Virus record (IMG/VR): IMGVR_UViG_3300020042_006612
Location: 1 to 24,463 of that record
DNA from: a virus
Taxonomy: Duplodnaviria > Caudoviricetes
Strand: one strand, 5' to 3'
Length of the DNA: 24,463 nt
Made by a program: the position numbers and the translations under genes. How positions within the stretch are numbered: the stretch's first letter is position 1; every line of letters starts with the position of its first letter. Under the pieces are notes generated by a model. The model was not told where the DNA came from, did not search any database, and worked only from the letters and a program-made list of their open reading frames with translations. Positions 16,685 to 24,463 of the stretch are shown one piece after another.

Positions 16685-16951
16685 GTATGGCTTAGGGCGA
16701 CTAAATCGTAATCTTCCATCTTCACCCTCAACCAATCCATAGCCATTTACTATTCTTGAGTGCATAGCAGCATCCATTCTTTCTAGCTGCTCATTCATGG
16801 CTGTCAAGACTCCAACTTTATAATCCATGACAAACTTTCCACCAAACCTGTCATGTGTAATCTCTACTGATCCATCCTCTCTCGCCGCCTCATAAACTTT
16901 TGCCGGGCATCGGCTGAATTGTTTTGCTGTGAATGTTTGTGGTTTGTTCAT
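16667..16951 (-). CDS. Phd/YefM antitoxin-like DNA-binding protein (orphan)
   Basis: N-terminus QTFTAKQFSRCPAKVYEAAREDGSVEITH fits the Phd beta-alpha-alpha-beta pattern; AGAGGTG RBS. Confidence 0.65.
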   Translation of the reverse strand: MNKPQTFTAKQFSRCPAKVYEAAREDGSVEITHDRFGGKFVMDYKVGVLTAMNEQLERMDAAMHSRIVNGYGLVEGEDGRLRFSRPKPYEKAPG

Positions 16952-17036
16952 CGCGCACCTCTGAATTGGTTGTTTGTAATATTTTTAGCATTTCGCGGCA
17001 ATCTATCAATTCGACCTGCTCGAGCTGTTCAATGTG

Positions 17037-17065
17037 ATAATAGTTTGCTAAAATCTGTGTGTCAA
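17037..17065 (-). promoter_or_regulatory. Promoter for the antisense Phd-like gene
   Basis: Minus strand TTGACA(17065-17060)-17-TATTAT(17042-17037). Confidence 0.6.
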
Positions 17066-17083
17066 ATACATTTTGGAGTTTTT

Positions 17084-17323
17084 ATGGTTATCTCAATGTT
17101 TGCTGGAGCCAAAGATGATTATGTTCAAGTTGTAGTTTTGCAGCCTCGTTATCATGAGAGACTGGAAGCTATGGGATGGGTGAAAGATCCTGAATTATTG
17201 CCAGATGAATTGCCAGTTGCTGAGCCTGCAAGGCCATCTGTTGAAAATTCAAAAAATGGTGTAGAATTGGCCATCAAACCAAGCAAATCGAAGGTGCCAA
17301 ATGACAGCGGAAGAACTGATTAG
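17084..17323 (+). CDS. Small post-coat hypothetical protein (79 aa)
   Basis: GGAG RBS before ATG 17084; LEAMGWVKDPE. It occupies the small-ORF slot between coat and gp4 seen in P22-like phages. Confidence 0.7.
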   Translation: MVISMFAGAKDDYVQVVVLQPRYHERLEAMGWVKDPELLPDELPVAEPARPSVENSKNGVELAIKPSKSKVPNDSGRTD

Positions 17324-17762
17324 AGACGCACTGCAAGAACTTGGCCAACAGGCGGCAGAACAGCCTGTTCAAGCTGATGAAATGCAGACCGGTATTCGAT
17401 ACCTTAACCGGTTGATGCGGGGATATGACTGGCTTGGGCTTGGCCACACAGTTATCACAAGTAGCTCGCAAACCGTTACCATTCCAACCTATGCCGAAGA
17501 GTGGGCGGTGTTCAAATTAGCTCTGCGACTTTCTGCGCAGTTTCCACCAACAGACCAGCTTTCGGTTATCTCTGCCAATGAGAAACAGGCATGGACAAAC
17601 CTTTTGCAGCAGCACCAAACACTACCAGAAATGTCATTCGATGATCGTATGCCTATCGGTTCTGGAAATGAAGATGGGAGTTATTCAGAGAAATTTTACC
17701 CGCCTAATGAAAATTCAATACTTACCGAAGGCGGCGACAACATTCTGCTTGAGGGTGCGTAA
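17301..17762 (+). CDS. Head-to-tail adaptor, P22 gp4-like
   Basis: TAEELIRDAL..LG, LALRL and MPIGSGN motifs, plus synteny. Confidence 0.85.
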   Translation: MTAEELIRDALQELGQQAAEQPVQADEMQTGIRYLNRLMRGYDWLGLGHTVITSSSQTVTIPTYAEEWAVFKLALRLSAQFPPTDQLSVISANEKQAWTNLLQQHQTLPEMSFDDRMPIGSGNEDGSYSEKFYPPNENSILTEGGDNILLEGA

Positions 17763-19243
17763 TGACTTCAAAAGCAGGCTTGTTACCACTTCCGTTCACT
17801 GGCGGTTTTTACCTATCCAGATCAAAGCCTTTGTCCTCACAAAGGTGCATCAACTGGTACCCTAACTATTCTGACTCCAATGCACTAAGTCCGGAGAATC
17901 TATTTCACTGCTCCGGGTTACGCCAAGTAACAACAGCGGGAACTGGAGTGAATCGAGGGATGCAGGTCATGGATGGAAAGTTGTATGTGGTAAATGGACA
18001 GCGGCTTTACCGGATAGACAGGGTTGTAAACCCAGACCTTACATACTCCTACCTGAGTGTTGATATAGGTGAAATACCCGGCTCTGGTCGCGTGCAAATG
18101 GATGCAAGCAGAACTCAACTGGCAATTGTTGTGCCAGGACTAAAATCTTACATGTGCAGCGAGACAGCAGGACTTCCCGCTCCGCCTCCGGAATTAGAAG
18201 AAATAACCGACCCTGATTTTAACGGCCCTGCCGATGATGTTGTTTTTATTGATGGTTACTTTGTCTTTTACAAGACAGGAACCAACGAGGTTTTTCACTC
18301 GCAGCCTAACGATGGACTAAGCTATTCTGCACTGGATGTTTACCCGGTTCCGCAATTAACATTGGTTAAGGGGCTTGGTGTTTTCCGCAATCAGCTTTAT
18401 GTGTTTGGCCAGAGTTTAACTGTACCATTTAACAATGTCGGCGGCCTTAATTTTGCATTTTTGCCCATCCCCAATGCTGTTATTGATACGGGGCTTGCCG
18501 CTCCATTCACAAAAACCAAATTCCGACAGTCTTATGTTTGGTTGGGTGCCGGTGATAATGCAGAAGTCAGTGTTTGGCTATACTCTGGGGGCGCACCTCA
18601 AAAGATTTCAACCGAGCCGATTGATTTTCTACTGCAGAATATGACGGATGATGAAATAAGCCGTGCGTTTATGTTAAGGCATTCACAAAACGGTGCCGAG
18701 TTTATCGTTTTGAATGTTGGCGATTATTGTTTGAAGTACGACTTGGCCGCATCTGGTCGCGCTGGCGTTCCTATATGGCATGAGCAAAGATCGAGAATTC
18801 CTGTTGGCGTTAATTATCAAGACTCGCCTTGGCGTGTCAACTCAATTGCCCAAGCTTACAACAAGGTTTTTGTTGGTGACGCAGTAGATGGGCGAATAGG
18901 TGAGATAACAGATGAGCTTGGCACAGAGTACGGAATAAACATGGCTTGTGTGGTGGATACTCCTCCATTGAGTAATATGGGCGTTAAATCCAAGGTGTGG
19001 GCGATTGAGGTGTTTACTGATGTTGGCGTCAGCGCTGATGATGGAATGAATCTTTCATGGTCTGATGACGGCGGATTTACTTATAGTAACAAGCTATCAA
19101 GATCACTTGGTGCAATAGGCGAATATGGGCGCAGGGTGATTTGGAATAGATTGGGTGCGTTTTCTATTGCCAGAAAATTAAGAATTGAATACTCTGGGCA
19201 ATACCCACGCGGCATAAATAAAGTCCAGGCGAATGCACAATGA
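17762..19243 (+). CDS. Tail hub / packaged-DNA stabilization protein, P22 gp10-like
   Basis: 493 aa beta-rich, with CINWYP, FIDGYFV, KIST and LSWSDDGG...GEYGRRVIWNRLG. Confidence 0.9.
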   Translation: MTSKAGLLPLPFTGGFYLSRSKPLSSQRCINWYPNYSDSNALSPENLFHCSGLRQVTTAGTGVNRGMQVMDGKLYVVNGQRLYRIDRVVNPDLTYSYLSVDIGEIPGSGRVQMDASRTQLAIVVPGLKSYMCSETAGLPAPPPELEEITDPDFNGPADDVVFIDGYFVFYKTGTNEVFHSQPNDGLSYSALDVYPVPQLTLVKGLGVFRNQLYVFGQSLTVPFNNVGGLNFAFLPIPNAVIDTGLAAPFTKTKFRQSYVWLGAGDNAEVSVWLYSGGAPQKISTEPIDFLLQNMTDDEISRAFMLRHSQNGAEFIVLNVGDYCLKYDLAASGRAGVPIWHEQRSRIPVGVNYQDSPWRVNSIAQAYNKVFVGDAVDGRIGEITDELGTEYGINMACVVDTPPLSNMGVKSKVWAIEVFTDVGVSADDGMNLSWSDDGGFTYSNKLSRSLGAIGEYGRRVIWNRLGAFSIARKLRIEYSGQYPRGINKVQANAQ

Positions 19244-20091
19244 TTCAAAACCCTCATAGAGACTTCCCAATTGTTAACACCCAAAGACTGGGTGAGAATG
19301 AGTTTATTGGATGGATTCAAAGCGTTACGGATCAGATTAATGCATTGCTAGCTAGCGGTGGCGGCTCAGGATCCGGCGGAGTAACAGATCATGGTGCTTT
19401 GTCTGGCCTGTCTGATGATGATCACGGCCAATACCACAATAACATAAGAGGCGACCTAAGATACTACACAAAGACATTACTGGATGCTGGCCAGCTTAAC
19501 TCACTTTACTACACCGAGACAGAAATTGACTTTTTTTTAGGCGGCAAAGCCAATAGCTCGCACGCTCATGTGCTATCAAATATTTCTGATGTTACGATGA
19601 CCGCCTCCAATATTAATAGTTTGGATGACGGTGCAAACTCTACGCTGCACTTCCATGATTCTGACAGATCAAGGGCCAATCATACTGGCACACAAACAGT
19701 ATCAACAATCAGTGATTTTCCTGAGGCGGTTGATGATCGAGTTAACGCCCTATTGGTTGCAGGGACGAACATCACATTAACCTACAATGACGTCGTCAAT
19801 ACCTTGACGGTTGACGCTGCCGGCGGTGGATCGTTAACAGAAGCAGAGATAGACTTTGGCAGCACGCCAACCAGATCAAAGAAATTTACGGTTATTGATG
19901 GATCGGTGACAGGGGCCAGTAAAATTACAGTCATGCCTTCTGGTAATGTTGGAACCGGCAGAGTTGGCGATGATTGGGAGTGGGATTCTATAGCGTTTGC
20001 AGCTGTAGCCGGAAGCGGTTCTTTTACCGTTTCTGCATTTGCATCTGGTAGAATAATGGGCAACAGAAAAATTTATTATTCGGTGACTTAA
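19240..20091 (+). CDS. Tail needle/fibre-like protein at the gp26 position
   Basis: Follows the gp10-like gene; contains fibre-type motifs DHGALSGLSDDDHGQY, HAHV and RANHTGTQ. Confidence 0.65.
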   Translation: MIQNPHRDFPIVNTQRLGENEFIGWIQSVTDQINALLASGGGSGSGGVTDHGALSGLSDDDHGQYHNNIRGDLRYYTKTLLDAGQLNSLYYTETEIDFFLGGKANSSHAHVLSNISDVTMTASNINSLDDGANSTLHFHDSDRSRANHTGTQTVSTISDFPEAVDDRVNALLVAGTNITLTYNDVVNTLTVDAAGGGSLTEAEIDFGSTPTRSKKFTVIDGSVTGASKITVMPSGNVGTGRVGDDWEWDSIAFAAVAGSGSFTVSAFASGRIMGNRKIYYSVT

Positions 20092-20919
20092 ATGGCAGCT
20101 TTAGAGGGTGGAGCATCAGGCGCAGTTGCTGATGTAGATAGTTTAACCAAAGCTCTTCGAACTTTCACGCCTCAGCGCAGAGTTTCTGGTGTTCTAGCTG
20201 CTATAAACGCAGAGCTTGTTTTGGATATAAACGGCGAATCCTCGGCAACAATTTGGATAAATGGAACCGGGACATTTAACGCCACCTACGCAATCCAAGG
20301 TTCTGCAGACGGCACAAATTATTTTGATTTGCTAGCTTATCCAATCCCTCAGGCGTGCGTGGGTGGGACAATCCCGCAAGCTGGCCAGCCCATTATCTCG
20401 GAGGCAGTTAACGCCGCCACAATTCAGAGATTTTTAGCGGTTGCGGTTGGTGGATTACAGAGAATAAGAGTTAGGTTGACTGCCTACACTGGCGGAACAT
20501 CAACTGTAAACATACAAGCAGACAATGCCGACAGCATCAGTCCTTACATTAAAGATCAAAAGGCTGCAACATTAATTGTAACTGCTTTAAGTGCTGCCGC
20601 TGCACCTTTGACGGCAACGATACCAGCAGTAGCCGGAATGAGACACTACATAGATAGAATTGACGTAACAAGATTTGCAACTGCAGTGTTAACTGCTGCT
20701 GCTGCTCCTGTTTCGGTTACGACTACAAATATCCCAGGCGCTCCTGCATTTTCATTCCCCGCTGAAGCGGCCGCGCAAGGAGTGGCAACACAACAAACGC
20801 TTGATTTTGGTGCGTCCGGGATGGCGACAACAGCACTAAACACAGCAACAACTGTAGTTTGTCCGGGTACAGCATCAATCATTTGGCGGATAACCGTTGC
20901 TTATAAATTGGGACTTTAA
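20092..20919 (+). CDS. Putative tail-associated structural protein (275 aa)
   Basis: Beta protein rich in A/T/G/V (IQGSADGTNYF, RIRVRLTAYTGG), abutting the previous gene. Confidence 0.65.
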   Translation: MAALEGGASGAVADVDSLTKALRTFTPQRRVSGVLAAINAELVLDINGESSATIWINGTGTFNATYAIQGSADGTNYFDLLAYPIPQACVGGTIPQAGQPIISEAVNAATIQRFLAVAVGGLQRIRVRLTAYTGGTSTVNIQADNADSISPYIKDQKAATLIVTALSAAAAPLTATIPAVAGMRHYIDRIDVTRFATAVLTAAAAPVSVTTTNIPGAPAFSFPAEAAAQGVATQQTLDFGASGMATTALNTATTVVCPGTASIIWRITVAYKLGL

Positions 20920-21467
20920 TGATAATTATTGATAATTTTTTGGAAAGCTACCAAGAATTAAAAGATTATTCTTTAGTTGCTGACTTTACTGGTATTACAA
21001 ACCATGTTGATGGTGTTACTTATCCGCACATAAATGCTGATATTCCTGAGGCCGTAAGAGCAGAGCTAACCAAAAAACTAAAAGAAATTTTCGGGCGAGA
21101 GCCAGAATCAGCAATGATGTTCATGCGCCAGTCCCCGAAAGGCTGTCATGCACCGCACATTGCCCATACTGATAATTCAATGGGAATCTATAGCTTAATG
21201 CTATACATGAATGATCATGAAGGTGGAACTGCATTCATTCGACACAAAGAAACCGGCATAATGTACGCACCTGAGTCACAAGAAATCGTAGAATTAGTGC
21301 AAAAAGATCAAAATAACCCTGAAAAATGGGCGGTTGTTGACATGGCACACATGAAAGAGAATCGGGCGGTAATATTTGACGCTGGGAAGTTCCATTGCGC
21401 TATGCCAATTGGTGGATTTGGTGAGGGTGCTGAATCCAGATGTGTTTTGACGGTATTTTTTTCATGA
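20919..21467 (+). CDS. 2OG-Fe(II) oxygenase-like protein
   Basis: IIIDNFL start, HTD (HxD), LYMN..GGTAF, NRAVIFD..FH and a distal R..L..FF. Confidence 0.75.
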   Translation: MIIIDNFLESYQELKDYSLVADFTGITNHVDGVTYPHINADIPEAVRAELTKKLKEIFGREPESAMMFMRQSPKGCHAPHIAHTDNSMGIYSLMLYMNDHEGGTAFIRHKETGIMYAPESQEIVELVQKDQNNPEKWAVVDMAHMKENRAVIFDAGKFHCAMPIGGFGEGAESRCVLTVFFS

Positions 21468-21955
21468 TTCGCACAGCAACTGAACAGGACTTTGAGCAAA
21501 TACTCGATATGTCGGCTAGATTCTGGCTCGAAACCCAGTTTGATGAGCCATTCGAGCGCGACCACACGCTAAATATGGTGAATATGGCATTCGATCATGG
21601 ATTGCTTGCAGTTGTTGAGATAGAAGGTCGATGCGTTGGCTTTTGTGCGGCGATAAAATCGTTTATACTGGGATCAACCAAGGCAATGTGCGCAACAGAA
21701 CTTGCATGGTTCGTCTATCCTGAGCACCGAGGCGGCAAAAACGGTGTAGCGCTTCTCCAGTTTATGGAGGGGTTAGTGAAAGAGCAAGGCATTAAATACT
21801 GGACAATGATCACAATGGTGTCATCCATGCCGGAACAAGTCGGCAGGATGTACGAGAAGTTGGGTTATGTCCGCTCTGAAACATGCTACACAAAGGTTTT
21901 TGATTATGGCAGCAGTCACATCGGCGGTAGTAGTCGGGGCATCAGCAGCCTATAG
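21464..21955 (+). CDS. GNAT-family acetyltransferase
   Basis: MIRTATEQD start (ATGA overlap), WFVYPEHRGGKNG acetyl-CoA motif and MYEKLGY. Confidence 0.85.
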   Translation: MIRTATEQDFEQILDMSARFWLETQFDEPFERDHTLNMVNMAFDHGLLAVVEIEGRCVGFCAAIKSFILGSTKAMCATELAWFVYPEHRGGKNGVALLQFMEGLVKEQGIKYWTMITMVSSMPEQVGRMYEKLGYVRSETCYTKVFDYGSSHIGGSSRGISSL

Positions 21956-23024
21956 CGCCAACAAACAAGCAAAATCTGCTGACAAATCCGGTAGGCTGCA
22001 GGCACAGGGCGTAGCCAATGCTCAAGAAGCATCAAGACTCGCATCAGAAAAGGCTCTACCATTAATTCAGCAGGGTTATCAAGACTCAATCGGGCAGATT
22101 AAATCCGGAGACGCCCTTGCGCAACAGAATTTATTGTCTGGGCAATCTGACGCTATTAATTCATTAACCGGCGGGTACGGTGCCGCAAGAGGTGATTTGC
22201 AAACTGGATTTGGCAATGCCGACACCATGCTTACCCAAGGCTACAATCAAGCCCAATCAACACTACAGCCAACAGCAACGCAAGGCAACCAATCCTCCGC
22301 GCTTCAGGCTGCTTTATCTGGTGCGATGGGGCCAGAGGCTCAAGCACAGGCTTATGCTAATTATCAAGAATCTCCTGGGCAGGCATTCCTTAGAAATCAA
22401 CAAGAGCAGTCTTTGCTTAGGAATGAGGCCGCACTAGGTGGTGGACTTTCTTCATCTGGCAGGGTCATGTCTGCCCTGCAAGAACAGGCTGCCGGACGCG
22501 CAATGACCGACTTTGATACAAACTTTAACCGGTTGAGTCAAATATCTGGCCGTGGCGATCAGGCAAATCAATCCATTGCAAATCTTCAGGCGGGACTTGG
22601 AGCTTCAAGATCAGGAATTCAGCAGCAACTTGCACAACTTTTGTCTGGCCTTTCATCTGCACAAGGACAGGGTGTTGCGGGTCTACAATCGGAAGGCTCC
22701 ATGAATATGGCAAACCTTAACCAATCTACGGCATCACAAATAGCACAGGCGCTTCAGAATCAGGGCGTCACATCTGGTAATGCGATAATTGGGCAAGGTA
22801 GCGAGCAAGCACAATTAGCACAGAATCTTGGGGTTGCAAGATCCACAGGGGCAATACACCGGGCAAATAACGCACCGGCTTTGTCTGCAGGCCTTAGCGC
22901 TGGACTTGGTGCTTATTCTGGCATGGGTGGCGGATTTGGCTCTATGCTTGGCGGAGGTGCAGGGGCAACTCAAGGTGGTTATACTGGCAGTGCTTATCAA
23001 AACTGGCTAGCGGGGCAAAAATAA
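21906..23024 (+). CDS. DNA ejection (pilot) protein, P22 gp7-like
   Basis: Likely start MAAVTSAVVVG at 21906; rich in Q/A/G/S, with ESPGQAF and SSGRVMSALQE; synteny. Confidence 0.75.
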   Translation: MAAVTSAVVVGASAAYSANKQAKSADKSGRLQAQGVANAQEASRLASEKALPLIQQGYQDSIGQIKSGDALAQQNLLSGQSDAINSLTGGYGAARGDLQTGFGNADTMLTQGYNQAQSTLQPTATQGNQSSALQAALSGAMGPEAQAQAYANYQESPGQAFLRNQQEQSLLRNEAALGGGLSSSGRVMSALQEQAAGRAMTDFDTNFNRLSQISGRGDQANQSIANLQAGLGASRSGIQQQLAQLLSGLSSAQGQGVAGLQSEGSMNMANLNQSTASQIAQALQNQGVTSGNAIIGQGSEQAQLAQNLGVARSTGAIHRANNAPALSAGLSAGLGAYSGMGGGFGSMLGGGAGATQGGYTGSAYQNWLAGQK

Positions 23025-24178
23025 TGGTATCACCACTTTCACCAATCCAAACACAGGCACAGCCTGATAGCACACTGCAAAATCTCTTGGCTGGACGTCA
23101 ATCTTATGAGCAGTCGCAGCTCAACAGGCAAACTATGCAGCAAAATCAAATGGCTATGGATCGCGCACCAGTGGTTAATGCACAGCGTGACGCTATGGCT
23201 CAACAAGATATTAGTAGGGGCGACTATGATCAAGCTGTGCAAAGACTTACGGTTATTAATCGTCTCGCAAGAAAAGCAAGGGAGCTGCCAGCAGAACAAA
23301 GGGGTGGTTTTGTTCAGTCTCTTAGGCCTGATATGCTTAAATCTGTCGGGATCGATCCTGCTCAAATCTCAAGTGTTCAACTTGACGACCGGTCTCTTGA
23401 TGCACTGATAACCCAGACTGGTGCAGCCATGCCTCAGGATTCAGGACAAAACCGTGTCCAGTCATCCCAAATACTTGAGGATGGAACTACTATTCAGCTT
23501 TTAGATAACGGCGTTACCCGTGTCACCGATCCATCAGGCAATGAAGTTACTGGTGAGGCTCGCCGCAAAGCCATTCAATCCGCCAATCAATACGGTGTCG
23601 ATATTCAATCACAACGGGCTGGGGGTAGAACTACAGCTGGCCTTGAGGCGCGCGTAGAGGGTGGTGGACAAGCTCAGTATGTAGAAAGCGTTGGCGCTGG
23701 CCGTGGCAAGAATGTTGCTGCCGCTGAGGGCAGAGCGGATGTGAGTAAAGAAACTGCTGTAGCGGCGCTTCCAGAGATTGACCGTAAAGCTGATCAAGTT
23801 ATATCACTTATTGATGAGCTATTGGCGCACCCAGGTAGAAATGCCGCAACTGGATCAACGGCTTGGGTACCGCCTATCCCTGGAACAGATCAAGCTGGAT
23901 TTATTAACCGATTTGAGCAGATCAAAGGGCAGGCATTCTTGCAGGCATTTGAAAGTCTTAAGGGTGCAGGTCAAATTACCGAAATGGAAGGCAAGGCGGC
24001 AACAAGTGCGCAGCTGCGAATGGATAGAGCGACCAGCGCAAAAGAATTCGACGCAGCAGCACAAGACTTCAAAGATGCTGTTAATGACTTGCGTGATATT
24101 GCTAGAAAACGTGCATCTGGCGGGGCTACCACACAAAAGCCTGCCGGCAGCAAATACACAATAGAGGTGATGGATTAA
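23024..24178 (+). CDS. DNA ejection protein, gp20 position
   Basis: 384 aa helical Q/A-rich protein coupled to the previous gene (TAATG); AFESLKGAGQITEMEG. Confidence 0.65.
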   Translation: MVSPLSPIQTQAQPDSTLQNLLAGRQSYEQSQLNRQTMQQNQMAMDRAPVVNAQRDAMAQQDISRGDYDQAVQRLTVINRLARKARELPAEQRGGFVQSLRPDMLKSVGIDPAQISSVQLDDRSLDALITQTGAAMPQDSGQNRVQSSQILEDGTTIQLLDNGVTRVTDPSGNEVTGEARRKAIQSANQYGVDIQSQRAGGRTTAGLEARVEGGGQAQYVESVGAGRGKNVAAAEGRADVSKETAVAALPEIDRKADQVISLIDELLAHPGRNAATGSTAWVPPIPGTDQAGFINRFEQIKGQAFLQAFESLKGAGQITEMEGKAATSAQLRMDRATSAKEFDAAAQDFKDAVNDLRDIARKRASGGATTQKPAGSKYTIEVMD

Positions 24179-24463
24179 TGCCGACTTATGTTGTGACAGA
24201 TCCAGCCACTGGACGTAAGGTTAAGCTTACCGGTGATACTCCGCCAACTGATCAGGATCTTGACGAGATATTTGCCTCCTTGCCTGCGCCAAAACAAGAG
24301 CAGCAGAAGCAAGATTACGAAAAGTCAATGTCAGAAGTTCCTATCACCGGATTTAATGGCGAACAAATTCCTGCAACTCCCGCGGAACCTTTTGTAGATC
24401 AGCCTGTGCCATATCAACCAACCGGAATTGATGCGGCAATCAGCTCCACTCCGATAATTGGTG
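24178..24463 (+). CDS. Probable large ejection protein (gp16 position), N-terminal part
   Basis: TAATG coupling; MPTYVVTDPATGRKVKLTGDTPPTDQDLDEIF... stays open to the window end. Confidence 0.65.
   Translation, partial: MPTYVVTDPATGRKVKLTGDTPPTDQDLDEIFASLPAPKQEQQKQDYEKSMSEVPITGFNGEQIPATPAEPFVDQPVPYQPTGIDAAISSTPIIG

Noticed and set aside
17084-17323. Toxin partner for the Phd-like gene
   Set aside because: It is on the opposite strand, has no RelE, PIN or Doc features, and fits the usual post-coat small ORF.
12160-24164. Many short alternative-frame and antisense ORFs within structural genes
   Set aside because: No motifs or RBS; consistent with codon-bias shadows, unlike the nested MTase ORF.
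1-24463. CRISPR array, integrase/att site, lysis genes, stop-codon reassignment
   Set aside because: No repeat-spacer periodicity and no recognisable integrase or lysin. Conserved genes are full length in the standard code and all three stop codons are used.

Overview
This window is about 24.5 kb of a tailed dsDNA phage with a P22-like (podovirus-type) virion module; the host is probably a proteobacterium (inference). A leftward early arm encodes small ORFs, an ERF recombinase, a YqaJ exonuclease and SSB. An AT-rich divergent promoter region is followed by a rightward arm with a Cro-like HTH, a C5 DNA methyltransferase, about 450 nt of structured non-coding sequence, an SF2 helicase and small ORFs. 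Next comes an accessory block (secreted FN3-like protein, CE4 polysaccharide deacetylase, two beta-rich proteins, a small outer-membrane-like protein, an HNH remnant). The morphogenesis genes follow: TerS, TerL, portal, scaffold, coat, gp4-like, gp10-like, tail proteins, a 2OG-Fe(II) oxygenase, a GNAT and ejection proteins. No integrase, CI-type repressor, primase/initiator, lysis gene, tRNA or CRISPR array was recognised. The most notable items are (1) the promoter-driven, multi-hairpin non-coding element directly upstream of the helicase, where an initiator gene usually sits; (2) a two-polypeptide methyltransferase whose second subunit is nested in the +1 frame; (3) a solitary Phd/YefM-like gene inserted antisense after the coat gene; and (4) a duplicated LacI-operator-like palindrome. 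All family calls come from motif recognition by eye and synteny, not from database searches.
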